Positions 1-10,875 of a stretch of DNA of 64,000 bases are shown piece by piece. The stretch is from assembly GCA_035503915.1 (NCBI GenBank), contig DATJSU010000053.1:69327-133326 (forward strand). Reading direction: 5' to 3'. This DNA is from Acidimicrobiales bacterium (GTDB lineage: Bacteria > Actinomycetota > Acidimicrobiia > Acidimicrobiales > Palsa-688). Position 1 is the stretch's first letter, and each line of letters begins with the position of its first letter. The position numbers and the translations under genes are program-made. The notes beneath the pieces were generated by a model that saw only the letters and a list, made by a program, of their open reading frames with translations, was not told where the DNA came from and searched no databases.

Positions 1-849
1 CGGCTTGCCGGTAAGGGGCGAAACCGGGCGGCTGAAGCCGGGGGGCGGCGGGATCGGTTTGCCCGTCATCGGAGAGACGGCGCCCCGGCCCTGCGGCGGC
101 GACGCCACTGCGCCACTATCGGGCCCCGGCCCGCCCAACATTGGCCTCGCGGGGGCCGCCCCGCTCGCTTGGGCGCCTTGGCCCGCTTGCGATGCCGCAC
201 CGGAACGAGCCGTCATAGCGGCGTTCGCGACGGCCACAGCGGGCTGGGCGGGCTGGGCTGAGGGTTGCGCTTGAGGAGCGACCGGGTGCGCAGGAAGTGC
301 TGGCTGAGACGGGGCGCGCACTCCCGGGGGGGGAGCAAGGGGCCCCGGCTGGGGGCGTCCTACACCGTGGGTAGACTCCGGTCTGCTCGTCTCTCGGGCG
401 CTTGCGGCGCCGTCTCGCGCAACTACGGGCTCGGGGTGGACTGGGCGCGATGTTGGCGCAGCCGGCGCGGGGCGGGCGTCGGCGGGCGGGGCGATGATAC
501 CCACGGGGGCGGCCGAGGGCCCTGGCGTCACTGCTACGGGCCGGTGCCGAGGAGGACCGGGGGCAGGCGCTTCGGCGGTTGCGAAACCCCCTCCAGGGGT
601 GGCCGCCACCACCCGGGCGAGCGGGGGCACGGTTGGCACTGCCGCGGCTGCAGGCACCTCCTCCGGCGGGTGTGCACGCTTCAGGCCCTCCCGCTCAGCC
701 TTGCGGCGGACGCGATCAGCCTGAGCCTCTTCGATGCTCGACGAATGGCTCGTCACCCCGATCCCCATTGCGAGGCACAGCTCTAAGCCTTCTTTGTTGC
801 TAAGGCCGAGCTCGCGTGCCAGCTCGTACACCCGGATCTTCTTCGACAA
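1..849 (-). CDS. infB: Translation initiation factor IF-2, N-terminal part (gene runs off left edge)
   Basis: Manual minus-strand translation from TTG at 849 gives LSKKIRVYELARELGLSNKEGLELCLAMGIGVTSHSSSIEEAQADRVRRKAERE, the canonical IF-2 N-terminus. The frame stays open toward position 1. It lies immediately downstream of ylxR-nusA. Confidence 0.8.
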   Translation of the reverse strand, partial: MSKKIRVYELARELGLSNKEGLELCLAMGIGVTSHSSSIEEAQADRVRRKAEREGLKRAHPPEEVPAAAAVPTVPPLARVVAATPGGGFATAEAPAPGPPRHRPVAVTPGPSAAPVGIIAPPADARPAPAAPTSRPVHPEPVVARDGAASARETSRPESTHGVGRPQPGPLAPPPGVRAPSQPALPAHPVAPQAQPSAQPAQPAVAVANAAMTARSGAASQAGQGAQASGAAPARPMLGGPGPDSGAVASPPQGRGAVSPMTGKPIPPPPGFSRPVSPLTGKP

Positions 850-856
850 GTTGCTC

Positions 857-1153
857 TTAAGTCCCTTTCTGCATCTGTCGCTCCGCCGCTATCACAGCCG
901 GTGGCGTTACTTGCTCCATCCTCGCATGTTCGCAAGCCCAACTGAGCAGCGCCTCTACCTCGGCCGCGGCGACCTCGCCGCGCAAGGCCCTGCCGAAGGC
1001 GCGCCTTTTTGCAGCCTTGTGCACACACTCCGGCCGCGCCACCTCGAGGTCCCCGAGGCGGCATAGCCAGGCACCGCGGCCTGGTGCTCCTCTGTCGACA
1101 ACAAGCCGGCCGTCCTGGCTCAGCGCAACCCTCACCAGTGTACCGGTGGCCAC
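857..1153 (-). CDS. ylxR: YlxR/DUF448 family protein (putative RNA-binding, nusA-infB operon)
   Basis: 98 aa protein with GRGAWLC motif, sitting between nusA and infB as in the conserved operon. Confidence 0.7.
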   Translation of the reverse strand: MATGTLVRVALSQDGRLVVDRGAPGRGAWLCRLGDLEVARPECVHKAAKRRAFGRALRGEVAAAEVEALLSWACEHARMEQVTPPAVIAAERQMQKGT

Positions 1154-1195
1154 CCGGGCCCGGCACCCAACGCAGGTCCGCAGTGGTACGCGCGT

Positions 1196-2445
<1,250 letters not shown>

Positions 2446-2449
<4 letters not shown>

Positions 2450-3009
2450 CGAGCCTCCCGGGACGGTGCAAGGGCAGCAGCCGGGCGTGGCCCGGTCCTG
2501 CGAGGTGTTTTGCCGGCAGCCTGTTTGGTGGGATGGCGCGCCGGCGCGCCCCACTCGAAGACCGTGGTGGCGCGCTCTACCCACGCCAGCGGCAGCGTCA
2601 CCTCTTGCAGGCCCCCGTCGCCGGCATCTGCGAGAAGCGTGAGCTCGGTTTCGGAGGCGGCAACCAGCTTGCCGCGCAAGCGTCGCGGCGCCGCTGCCCC
2701 GGAGGTGGTCTTGACGACCAGGTCTTCTCCGACATAGCGAGCGAAATGGTGCGGGTAACGCAGCCGGCGCTCGAGCCCTGGGCTCGAGACCTCGAGTGTG
2801 TAACGGCCCGCCGGCACGAGGTCGTCACGCTCGTCAAGGACCGAGGAGATAGCACCGCTCAAGGTCGCGATCGCGTCCAGGTCGACCCCCTCGCTGCCCT
2901 CCACCAGCACCCGTACGGAGGTACCCGAACGCTCGACGTCCCAAATCTCGAGCCCTGCAGCCTGCACTACGGGCCGAAGAGCCCCAGAAATTGCTTCCTC
3001 GGCGGCCAT
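2446..3009 (-). CDS. rimP: Ribosome maturation factor RimP
   Basis: RimP-like sequence (LEIWDVE...VSSPGLERRL). It overlaps the nusA start by 4 nt and carries a ~30 aa C-terminal tail. Confidence 0.8.
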
Positions 3010-3094
3010 CTCACCTCCTCGTGGTCAAGGTCCATCAAACAAAAACGTGGGCACCCTGCCAGGCAGGAAGGCCCACGCCCAACATCACCAAGCG

Positions 3095-3125
3095 GCAACA
3101 CCGAGTATTATAGCCAATACCGGTC
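3095..3125 (-). promoter_or_regulatory. Candidate sigma-70-like -10 element (TATAAT on minus strand) upstream of rimP-nusA-infB
   Basis: Minus-strand TGGCTATAAT lies about 100 nt upstream of the rimP start, in a locally AT-rich patch of a 70% GC genome. Confidence 0.25.
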
Positions 3126-3208
3126 CTGTTTCGTCTTGGGGGCTGGTATTGGCGCGCCCGGTTTTGTGTTATCTGCTGAGGCCCCCCGGCCCCCCTAGGC
3201 CTCGCGCC

Positions 3209-3466
3209 TCACTTCCATCGGAAGTAGACAAAAACTCGCCCGAAGTTGTCGGAGTCCTTTTCGACGCGGTGGTAGAGGGCTTTGACGTCTTTGCGCTCGA
3301 GGAACCTGAGAACACGCTTTTTCAGCTGCCCCGAGCCCTTGCCAGGGATGATCTCGACCTCGCTCGCCTTGATGCGGACCGCCTCGTCGAGGACGTCGCG
3401 CAGGGCGCGTTCGATCAGGTCGCCTTTGTTGTAAATCTCGTGGAGGTCGACCTTGAGCTTGGCCAC
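3209..3466 (-). CDS. Smr-domain protein (small MutS-related domain)
   Basis: 85 aa protein with the LDLHE...IIPGKGSG Smr signature. Confidence 0.6.
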   Translation of the reverse strand: MAKLKVDLHEIYNKGDLIERALRDVLDEAVRIKASEVEIIPGKGSGQLKKRVLRFLERKDVKALYHRVEKDSDNFGRVFVYFRWK

Positions 3467-3497
3467 TCGCAGCTGGCTGTCAGATCCCGGGCAGGGC

Positions 3498-4748
3498 CTA
3501 GGCGGGGGGCACTGCCGTGCTCCCCTCCCCCGCCTGCGAGCCCAAGCGCCGGTTGATCAGCTCGACCTTGGCCTCGCTCCGGTTTACGTCTGAGCCGTGA
3601 GCTCCAAGGAGGGCAAGCCGGTCGGCTTCGGCCTCCTTGGCGGCTCGCCAGTCGGCTGCTGCCAGGCGCGCATCGAAGCCTTCTTTGACCAGCTTTTCGG
3701 CCTCCTCGACAAGGGCTTGGACCATCTCTGCCTCAGGCACCACCCGGACGATCTCTCCCCTGATGAACAAATGGCCCCTGTGCTTGCCGGCCGCGATCCC
3801 AAGGTCGGCAGAGCGAGCTTCGCCGGGGCCGTTCACCACGCACCCCATTACGGCCACCTGGAGAGGGATCTCCCGCGCTTCGAGGGCAGCCTGGGCTTCG
3901 GCTGCCACCCTGTAGACGTCGATCTCCGCTCGTCCGCAGGAGGGGCATGCGATCAGGTCGACGTTGCGGCGCTCCCGGAGACCCAGTGCTTCCAGCAAAG
4001 TGCGCCCGGCCTTGGCTTCTTCCACCGGGTCGGTGGTGAGGGAGTAGCGGATCGTGTCCCCGATCCCTTCCAGGAGCAACGTCCCGATCCCCGCGGTGCC
4101 CTTGATGACCCCCGCGGGCGGCGGGCCAGCCTCGGTAAGCCCGAGGTGAAGCGGGTAGTCGACTTGGTCGGAGAGCTGGCGGTAAGCCTCGACCATGATC
4201 GGCACCCGGGAAGCTTTTACCGAGATCTTTACGTTGTCGAAACCCACCTCACCAAACAGCGAAAGCTCATGCAACGCCGATTCCACAAGCGCTTCGGGCG
4301 TTGCTTCGCCGTACTTCTCATAGAGCCGTTTGTCGAGAGAACCGGCGTTCACCCCGATGCGGACCGGGGTACCGCGGTCCTTGCATTCGCGCGCTACGAG
4401 CCTGATCTCCTCCGCCTTGCGGAGGTTGCCGGGGTTAAGCCGAAGACAATGGGCCCCCGCTTCGAGCGCGGCGAGAGCCATCTCCACATGGAAATGGATG
4501 TCTGCAACTATGGGGACCGGGCTTCTCGGGACGATGCGGGCAAGCCCGAGAGCAGCCTCCTTTTCGTTACAAGTGCAGCGCACAATGTCCGCGCCGGCGG
4601 CTTTCAGCGCGTATATCTGGGCCAAGGTCCCATCGACGTCAGCGGTCTTCGTGGTAGTCATCGACTGCACCGTGATGGGGGCGTCCCCGCCAACAGGTAC
4701 AGAGCCGATCACGATCTGGCGGGTCTTCCTACGCGGGTAGCTGTCCAT
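3498..4748 (-). CDS. ispG: 4-hydroxy-3-methylbut-2-enyl diphosphate synthase IspG (GcpE)
   Basis: Full-length GcpE similarity (ITVQSMTTTKT, CPSCGR). GGAAGAG ribosome-binding site before ATG 4748. Confidence 0.9.
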   Translation of the reverse strand: MDSYPRRKTRQIVIGSVPVGGDAPITVQSMTTTKTADVDGTLAQIYALKAAGADIVRCTCNEKEAALGLARIVPRSPVPIVADIHFHVEMALAALEAGAHCLRLNPGNLRKAEEIRLVARECKDRGTPVRIGVNAGSLDKRLYEKYGEATPEALVESALHELSLFGEVGFDNVKISVKASRVPIMVEAYRQLSDQVDYPLHLGLTEAGPPPAGVIKGTAGIGTLLLEGIGDTIRYSLTTDPVEEAKAGRTLLEALGLRERRNVDLIACPSCGRAEIDVYRVAAEAQAALEAREIPLQVAVMGCVVNGPGEARSADLGIAAGKHRGHLFIRGEIVRVVPEAEMVQALVEEAEKLVKEGFDARLAAADWRAAKEAEADRLALLGAHGSDVNRSEAKVELINRRLGSQAGEGSTAVPPA

Positions 4749-4839
4749 TTGCTCTTCCGATCACCTCTCCGAGTGCCACGACAGGCAACCTTTGCTCGCT
4801 TGACACGATACCGGTCCCCGGCGCCAGCGCCGCCTTAGC

Positions 4840-6231
4840 TCAAGTGATTATGTCCCGCAGGTCCAAGAACAGCGACGACACGCCGTAGAAAATAATGACC
4901 GCGAGGACGGCGTAAATGACCGGGGCCATCTTGTTGACGTCGGCATGGTAAGGCTGCTTGGTGCGCATGCTGCGCAACTTCTCGTAGAGGGCGATCGCCA
5001 CGTGGCCGCCGTCGAGGGGCAGGAGCGGGACCAGGTTGAAGATCCCGACGAAAATGTTGATGAGGATGAGGAGGTAGAGCACCTCTGACCAACCGACCTG
5101 TGTCGCCACGCTCGCCAGGCGCACGACACCAACCGGCGAGACGAACCGCACGGCGTTGGGGTTGTCCGCCGCTTTCTGGTGAGTGAGCATGTTCACGTAC
5201 CCGCTGAAGTCTGTGACCACGTGGCCCAAGTTCTTCACCGATGAAGCTGCCGTGGCCCCGAAGGAGGTGCCGGCGTGCCCCACCGACCCGAGGAAACCGA
5301 ACCGCACGTACGGGCTCACTTCAATCCCGAGGAGCCCGGTGGGGGTCTTGTAGAGAGGGGTCTTTTGGCCTTTGAGAACTACCTTTGATGCGTCGGCGAG
5401 CACGACGGGCTTGAGTGCCACCTCTCGTCCGTGCCGGTCGACCACAATCGCGACCTTTTCCCCGGGACGCGACTTCAGGTATTCGCTCACTTCGTCCCAG
5501 GTCGAAAAATGGTGGCCGTTGACCGAGGCCAGCCTGTCCCCGGGCTCGATACCGGCGAGCTCCGCCGGGCTGTCTGAGTGCTGGAAGCTGTCGACGGCCG
5601 CGATCGGGTTGTTCGCAGGCGGGTCGCTTATGAAATTGCCAATGTCGCCCGGCCCCCAAAAGAGCGCGACGAGCATCACAAAGGCGAGCAGAAAGTGGAC
5701 GAAAGAACCTGCGAGAGCTACCGTCAAGCGCCTCCATGTGGGCTGAGCACGGTACGCGCGGGGTTCGTCTTCGGGGGCCACCACTTCCGCGCTCGTCATG
5801 CCGACGATGCGGCAATAACCACCTAACGGCAGAGCCTTGATGCCATACGTCGTCTCGCCCCGTTGTACTGCCCAGAGCCGTGGCCCGAACCCGAAGAAGA
5901 ACTCGCTCACTTTCATGCCAGCGCGCTTGGCTGCCACGAAGTGCCCGAGCTCGTGCAGGACGATCATGATTATCAGCGCAAAGACCACGAGCACGGTGTA
6001 AATGGCGCCAAGGAAATAGGCGACCACCAGCCCCCCAGCTACAACGAGCGCCAAGCGCAGGAGGGCGCCCCGTTGCTCGCGAAGGTCCATCTCGTCGCCC
6101 GCTTCGCCCCCTGGCCCCGAAGGGGACCGGTAGCGCCCCGTGCCCTCGGGTGCACCGTTGCGGCGCCCGGGCGGGCCGTTGGCGTCGCCCGAGGAGCCGC
6201 TAGGCCAATCGAGTGGCTTCAGGTCAGCCAA
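4840..6231 (-). CDS. rseP: Site-2 zinc metalloprotease RseP/Rip1 (M50 family)
   Basis: HELGH motif inside a transmembrane helix and overall M50 similarity. Alternative start at MDLREQ (6093); the 6231 start overlaps the dxr stop. Confidence 0.8.
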   Translation of the reverse strand: MADLKPLDWPSGSSGDANGPPGRRNGAPEGTGRYRSPSGPGGEAGDEMDLREQRGALLRLALVVAGGLVVAYFLGAIYTVLVVFALIIMIVLHELGHFVAAKRAGMKVSEFFFGFGPRLWAVQRGETTYGIKALPLGGYCRIVGMTSAEVVAPEDEPRAYRAQPTWRRLTVALAGSFVHFLLAFVMLVALFWGPGDIGNFISDPPANNPIAAVDSFQHSDSPAELAGIEPGDRLASVNGHHFSTWDEVSEYLKSRPGEKVAIVVDRHGREVALKPVVLADASKVVLKGQKTPLYKTPTGLLGIEVSPYVRFGFLGSVGHAGTSFGATAASSVKNLGHVVTDFSGYVNMLTHQKAADNPNAVRFVSPVGVVRLASVATQVGWSEVLYLLILINIFVGIFNLVPLLPLDGGHVAIALYEKLRSMRTKQPYHADVNKMAPVIYAVLAVIIFYGVSSLFLDLRDIIT

Positions 6232-7465
6232 CGTCGACCCTCCCCGCTTGCCCCGCTACGGGCGGTTCGAGCCGTTCCAAGGCTGCGGCCGCCAAGGCAC
6301 GACCCTCGGCGTCGGCTGCAAGCACGTCGCAGAGGTCTCGCGGTTGGGTTTCCACGAAGGCACTCATCGCCGAACGGATCACCGAGGGAATGTCGGCCCA
6401 GCGCAGCCGCCCATTGAGGAAACCTTCCACCGCGACCTCGTTCGCTCCGTTCAGGCAGGCCGTGGCCGTCCCGCCCCGGCGCCCGGCGTCATAGGCGAGC
6501 GCAAGGCAGGGGAAGGCGTCGGTGTCCGGGACGTCGAAGTCCAAGCGGCTGAGGGTTGCCCAGTCGATGACGCCGAAGGGGACAGGCATGCGTTCAGGGT
6601 ACGAGAGGGCATAGCCAATGGGGAGGCGCATGTCAGGCATGGACAACTGGGCAATTACCGCGCCGTCGGTCGTCTCGACCATGGAGTGGACCACCGATTG
6701 GGGGTGGATGACCACGTCGATCTGGTCGTAGCTCGCGCCGAAGAGAAGGTGTGCCTCGATAACTTCGAGGCCCTTGTTCATGAGCGTCGAGCTGTCCACG
6801 GTGATCTTCGGGCCCATCTTCCACGTCGGGTGCGCGAGGGCATCGTCTACTGACACCTGCCCGAGCTCTTGGGCAGACCTGCCCCGGAACGGCCCACCTG
6901 AGGCCGTGATGAGGAGGCGACGCAGCGCCGGGGCACCTATTTCGGCTCTCCCATCGTCAGGCAGAGCACTGACTGCCCTAAGGCACTGATGCACTGCGCA
7001 ATGCTCTGAGTCAACGGGCACGATCTCGGCGCCCGGCTGGCGGCGCGCTCGCTGCACGATGGGGCCCCCGGCGATCAGCGACTCCTTGTTGGCAAGGGCG
7101 AGGCGCTTGCCGGCGCCGAGCGCAGCCAAGGTCACCTCGAGACCGGCGAAGCCGACCACGCCGTTCAGGACGATCTCCGCAGTCTCAGCGAGGTCGGCAA
7201 GCGCGCGAGGCCCTGCCAGGAGGTTCACCCCTGGGGGCAGGAGCTGCGCGAGCTCGCTGGCACGGCTGGGGTCCCCCACGGCGACGTAAGCGGGGTGGAC
7301 CTCGCGGGCTTGCTCGGCAAGCAGCTCCACCGAAGATCTCGCACTGAGGGCGACGACACTGAAGCGCCCCCCCGAGGAGCGGACGACATCGAGAGCTTGG
7401 CGCCCGATCGAGCCTGTGCTGCCAGCGAGGTAAACCGTCTTGGGTGCCATTACCGCCTCCGACAT
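6224..7465 (-). CDS. dxr: 1-deoxy-D-xylulose 5-phosphate reductoisomerase
   Basis: N-terminal GSTGSIG NADPH-binding motif and full-length Dxr similarity. Confidence 0.9.
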   Translation of the reverse strand: MSEAVMAPKTVYLAGSTGSIGRQALDVVRSSGGRFSVVALSARSSVELLAEQAREVHPAYVAVGDPSRASELAQLLPPGVNLLAGPRALADLAETAEIVLNGVVGFAGLEVTLAALGAGKRLALANKESLIAGGPIVQRARRQPGAEIVPVDSEHCAVHQCLRAVSALPDDGRAEIGAPALRRLLITASGGPFRGRSAQELGQVSVDDALAHPTWKMGPKITVDSSTLMNKGLEVIEAHLLFGASYDQIDVVIHPQSVVHSMVETTDGAVIAQLSMPDMRLPIGYALSYPERMPVPFGVIDWATLSRLDFDVPDTDAFPCLALAYDAGRRGGTATACLNGANEVAVEGFLNGRLRWADIPSVIRSAMSAFVETQPRDLCDVLAADAEGRALAAAALERLEPPVAGQAGRVDVG

Positions 7466-7510
7466 CGCGTTGGACCGCTCCGCTGTGCTCGCGAAGGCTA
7501 CGCCGTTGCC

Positions 7511-9370
7511 TTACAAGAGGTGCAGCGCGGCGACCAGGAAATAGGTCGCGGGGAGCACGAAGAGCATCGAGTCGAACCTGTCCAGGAGGCCGCCGTGGCC
7601 GGGCAGGAGCGCGCCCGAGTCCTTCAGCCGGAGGTCACGCTTCACCATTGACTGCACGAGGTCGCCGATGGGGGCGACGATCGCCACCAAGACGCCGAGC
7701 TCGATGCCGTGGACCGCCCCACCCCATGGTGTCAGCTCCTTGCCGATCACGGCGCCCGCGATGACTGCCACGATCCCGCCGCCCACGAAGCCCTCCCAAG
7801 TCTTTCCCGGGCTTATGTGAGGGGCGAGATGATGGGACCCGAAGAAGCTCCCTGCCAGCCAGGCACCAATGTCGCAGACGACCGTGGGGATGACCGCTCC
7901 CAGGAAGAGGTGCTTCCCGTAGGGGGCTTGCAAGAGCAGGCCGGCGAAACCGCCGAGGGCTCCCACCCACGAGTAGCCGAGGAACGTCACGGCGACGTTG
8001 ACAACCGGCCTCGCGTCCACGACCCTGAACAAGTACCACAGGAGGCTTGCTGCCAGCACCGTGGCAAAGATGACTCCCAGCGCCCCGGGCCCTTTCCAGT
8101 AGGCAGCCAAGACAGTCCCCGCAGCACCAAGGCCGCCGATGAGGGTCGCGGGCCTGAAGCCGACACGCTGCAGCATCGCAAAAGCCTCGAGAGCGCAACC
8201 GAGCAACACGACGGCACTGAGCCCAACCAGTGCTGCCGGCCCTGCGACGTAGCAAACGGCCAACAAGACGGCGAGGATGGCGCCCGTGAGCACGGCGGGG
8301 CCTATGTCCCGGCCCCTGCTGTCCGATGCCTTCACCTCGGCGGCTACGTCATAGGGACGCTCTGCCCTGTTGGTCGGGGCCCAGTTGGTCACGGTCGAAG
8401 CCTCGTCGTTAGAGGACATGGAACTTGCAACGGGCGTCGCCTGCGCGCCCTGTTCGTCGCCACCACGGCGACGCGGCCCTTTCGGGAGCCGCGCTCGTGG
8501 CTGTTTGCCGGCGACGCCTTCGCTCGTCGCGGCCCGGGCCTCGGGCAACACCGGCGCGGCAACTGTCTCTGGTGGCACCCCCGCCGGCCGGCCGTGGGGA
8601 GGTGCAGCGAAAACCGTGTCCTCGTTTTGGTACTCGCCGGGAATGCCCCCCGTCCTGCCGGTGAGCGGCTCGGGTTCTGAGCGCTCCTCTCCCGGCGTAC
8701 CCCTTCCGGTTCGCCCACGCTCGCGCTCCAGTCGCTCGAAGTCCTCGTCAAAGGAAAAAGGGCCCCCCTTCGAGGGGGGCGGCGGCGTCACGGGCTCGTC
8801 GTTCGCGCCGACAAGGTCTTCGACACCGGGGCTATCAGCCCAATCGTTCACGTCATCGCGCCAGTGCAACCCGCGAGAACCAAGCAGCCGCCAGGCTTGC
8901 ATCTCCTCGTCGCTGCCGTGTTGCTCCGCGAAAGCACGAGGCACCTCGCCCGTAGGGGGGTCTGCCCAATGAGGAAGTTCCGTGCCCTCGCCTGAGCTCA
9001 CTGTGGCAACCAATTCCGCACTAGGTGGATCCTCGCGAGGGTACTCCATCTGCTCATCGGGAGTGGATATCCGCAGCGGCACTACCGGTGTCGCTCCCTC
9101 ATCCGCCGGGCCGGCCGAGGCAGTCGAAGCCGCAACCTCCTCTGGCACCGGCTCCCCAAGAGCCTCCTCTGACCGAGCTTGCGCTCGGGCCTCGCTCGCG
9201 GCACCTGCGCGTGCCTCTCCGTGCTCGGCGGGCGCCCCTCCCGCCACCTGCTCGTCCGCCTCGGCCGGGCCCGCAGGCTCCATTGCTGCCAGCTCTGGTG
9301 CCTGGAGCGGCTCTGGCGCCGCTCCTGCCTCAACGGGCGCGAGGCTGCTCGCTCCGCCCGCTTCTTCCAC
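7511..9370 (-). CDS. cdsA: Phosphatidate cytidylyltransferase CdsA. The core is 7511..8419; the ORF continues to a GTG at 9370, encoding a ~317 aa acidic/Pro/Ala-rich low-complexity N-terminal extension
   Basis: C-terminal ~300 aa match CdsA (CTP_transf_1, ...KRDLRLKDSGALLPGHGGLLDRFDS). An internal ATG at 8419 (MSSNDEAS) would give a canonical-size CdsA. The upstream frame is open and D/E/P/A-rich. Confidence 0.75.
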   Translation of the reverse strand: MEEAGGASSLAPVEAGAAPEPLQAPELAAMEPAGPAEADEQVAGGAPAEHGEARAGAASEARAQARSEEALGEPVPEEVAASTASAGPADEGATPVVPLRISTPDEQMEYPREDPPSAELVATVSSGEGTELPHWADPPTGEVPRAFAEQHGSDEEMQAWRLLGSRGLHWRDDVNDWADSPGVEDLVGANDEPVTPPPPSKGGPFSFDEDFERLERERGRTGRGTPGEERSEPEPLTGRTGGIPGEYQNEDTVFAAPPHGRPAGVPPETVAAPVLPEARAATSEGVAGKQPRARLPKGPRRRGGDEQGAQATPVASSMSSNDEASTVTNWAPTNRAERPYDVAAEVKASDSRGRDIGPAVLTGAILAVLLAVCYVAGPAALVGLSAVVLLGCALEAFAMLQRVGFRPATLIGGLGAAGTVLAAYWKGPGALGVIFATVLAASLLWYLFRVVDARPVVNVAVTFLGYSWVGALGGFAGLLLQAPYGKHLFLGAVIPTVVCDIGAWLAGSFFGSHHLAPHISPGKTWEGFVGGGIVAVIAGAVIGKELTPWGGAVHGIELGVLVAIVAPIGDLVQSMVKRDLRLKDSGALLPGHGGLLDRFDSMLFVLPATYFLVAALHLL

Positions 9371-9568
9371 TGGCTCGACCGGCCCTGTTGGGGCGCCCGG
9401 GTCATAGTCCTCAGGCGGCCCGGCATCGCCCCATTCGGCGACGACGAGTGGGGCCCCCTGGGCCTGTTGGCCCCGGCGGCGACGGCCCCTTTTAGCACCA
9501 GGTGTCGGGCGCAGCGCTACTCCTTTTTTTTGCAGGGCTACCGGGCGAAGCTGTCGCGAAAGCGGCGC

Positions 9569-10144
9569 TCAGCTACCTAGGAGCTCCTGCTCCTTGTGGG
9601 CCAGCACTCGGTCGATCTCAGCAGTGAAATCGTGGGTGAGCTTGTCCAGTTCCTTCTCGGCACGGTCAAGGTCATCGGAGGAAATGTCGCCGTCCTTTTC
9701 CAAGGTCTCCAGGTCCTTGCGGGTGGCGCGCCGGGCGTTGCGGACAGCCACCCGGCCGTCCTCAGCTTTGTGGTGCACCACCTTGACGAGCTCCTTGCGC
9801 CTCTCAACCGTCAGGACAGGGAAAACCAGCCGTACCACCGTGCCGTCGTTGTTCGGCGTGATCCCTAGGTCCGAGGACTGGATGGCTTTTTCGATTGCCT
9901 TGATGACCGCAGGCCCTCTTTCGTACGGGCTTATGACAAGGGTCCTGGGTTCAGGCACGTGGAAGCCGGCTAGCTGTTGCAACGGCACCTCGGCTCCGTA
10001 GTAATCGACACGCAGCTTCTCCACCAGAGCGGGCGCGGCACGGCCCGTGCGGATGGCGCCAAACTCACCCTTCGTATGCTCGACTGCCTTGGCCATGCGG
10101 TCACGGCATTCTTCGATCGCGGTGCCTAGCAGGTTGTCGGCCAT
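9569..10144 (-). CDS. frr: Ribosome recycling factor
   Basis: Full-length Frr similarity. Confidence 0.9.
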   Translation of the reverse strand: MADNLLGTAIEECRDRMAKAVEHTKGEFGAIRTGRAAPALVEKLRVDYYGAEVPLQQLAGFHVPEPRTLVISPYERGPAVIKAIEKAIQSSDLGITPNNDGTVVRLVFPVLTVERRKELVKVVHHKAEDGRVAVRNARRATRKDLETLEKDGDISSDDLDRAEKELDKLTHDFTAEIDRVLAHKEQELLGS

Positions 10145-10875
10145 CAGTAGATAAGCGTACCTATCTCCTCACCAGCGAGCGCGCTGCGTAGGTTGCCCTC
10201 TTTCATGATGTTGAAGTAGAGGATAGGGAGGGCGTTCTCCTTGCAAAGCGTTATCGCGGTGAGGTCCATGGCCCGGAGGTCCTTTTCGAGGATGTCGCTG
10301 AAATGGACTTCAGGCAGCAACATGGCCGTGGGGTCCTTGCGAGGGTCGGCTGTATAGACGCCGTCGACCTTTCCATGCGTCCCTTTCAGCAGCACCTCGG
10401 CCCCGATCTCGACCGCCCGGAGCGCACCGGCTGTGTCCGTCGTAAAAAACGGGTTGCCGGTGCCGGCCGCGAAGACCACGACACGGCCCTTTTCGAGGTG
10501 GCGCATGGCACGCAGGCGTATGTACGGCTCGGCGATCTCGGACATCCCGATCGCCGTCTGCACTCGAGTGGGTTGGCCTTCGCGCTCGAGGGCATCGCGC
10601 AGGGCCAGGGCATTTATGACAGTGGCCAGCATCCCCATATAGTCAGCGGTCGCGCGGTCCATCCCGCTCGCCGAACCGACGGCTCCGCGCCATATGTTCC
10701 CGCTACCGATGACAACCGCGATCTCTGTCCCAAGGGCGCGCACCTCGGCGACTTCGCGTGCGAGGCGCTCGACGAGGCTGACATCGATGACTTCGTCGGC
10801 AGAGTCGCTCGCGAGCGCCTCGCCGGAAACCTTGAGCACGACCCGTTTCCAGGGTGCTCCTGGACGTCCCATCAA
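10144..10875 (-). CDS. pyrH: UMP kinase
   Basis: VLKVSGEAL...VIGSGN motifs. Abuts frr. Confidence 0.9.
   Translation of the reverse strand: MMGRPGAPWKRVVLKVSGEALASDSADEVIDVSLVERLAREVAEVRALGTEIAVVIGSGNIWRGAVGSASGMDRATADYMGMLATVINALALRDALEREGQPTRVQTAIGMSEIAEPYIRLRAMRHLEKGRVVVFAAGTGNPFFTTDTAGALRAVEIGAEVLLKGTHGKVDGVYTADPRKDPTAMLLPEVHFSDILEKDLRAMDLTAITLCKENALPILYFNIMKEGNLRSALAGEEIGTLIY

Noticed and set aside
3597-4838. 413 aa plus-strand ORF antisense to ispG. Similar long antisense ORFs include 1535..2344 opposite nusA, 39397..40494 opposite dnaE, 45414..46265, and 51770..52711.
   Set aside because: Their Arg/Pro/Gly/Ser-rich composition is typical of alternate frames in 70% GC DNA. Each lies opposite a gene with strong homology, so they are treated as non-coding artefacts.
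8370-9495. Plus-strand ORFs (8370..8972, 8982..9407, 9025..9495) as alternative explanations for the region upstream of the cdsA core.
   Set aside because: Their translations are Ser/Arg/Pro low-complexity with no protein-like features. The minus-strand frame gives a coherent acidic disordered sequence contiguous with CdsA.
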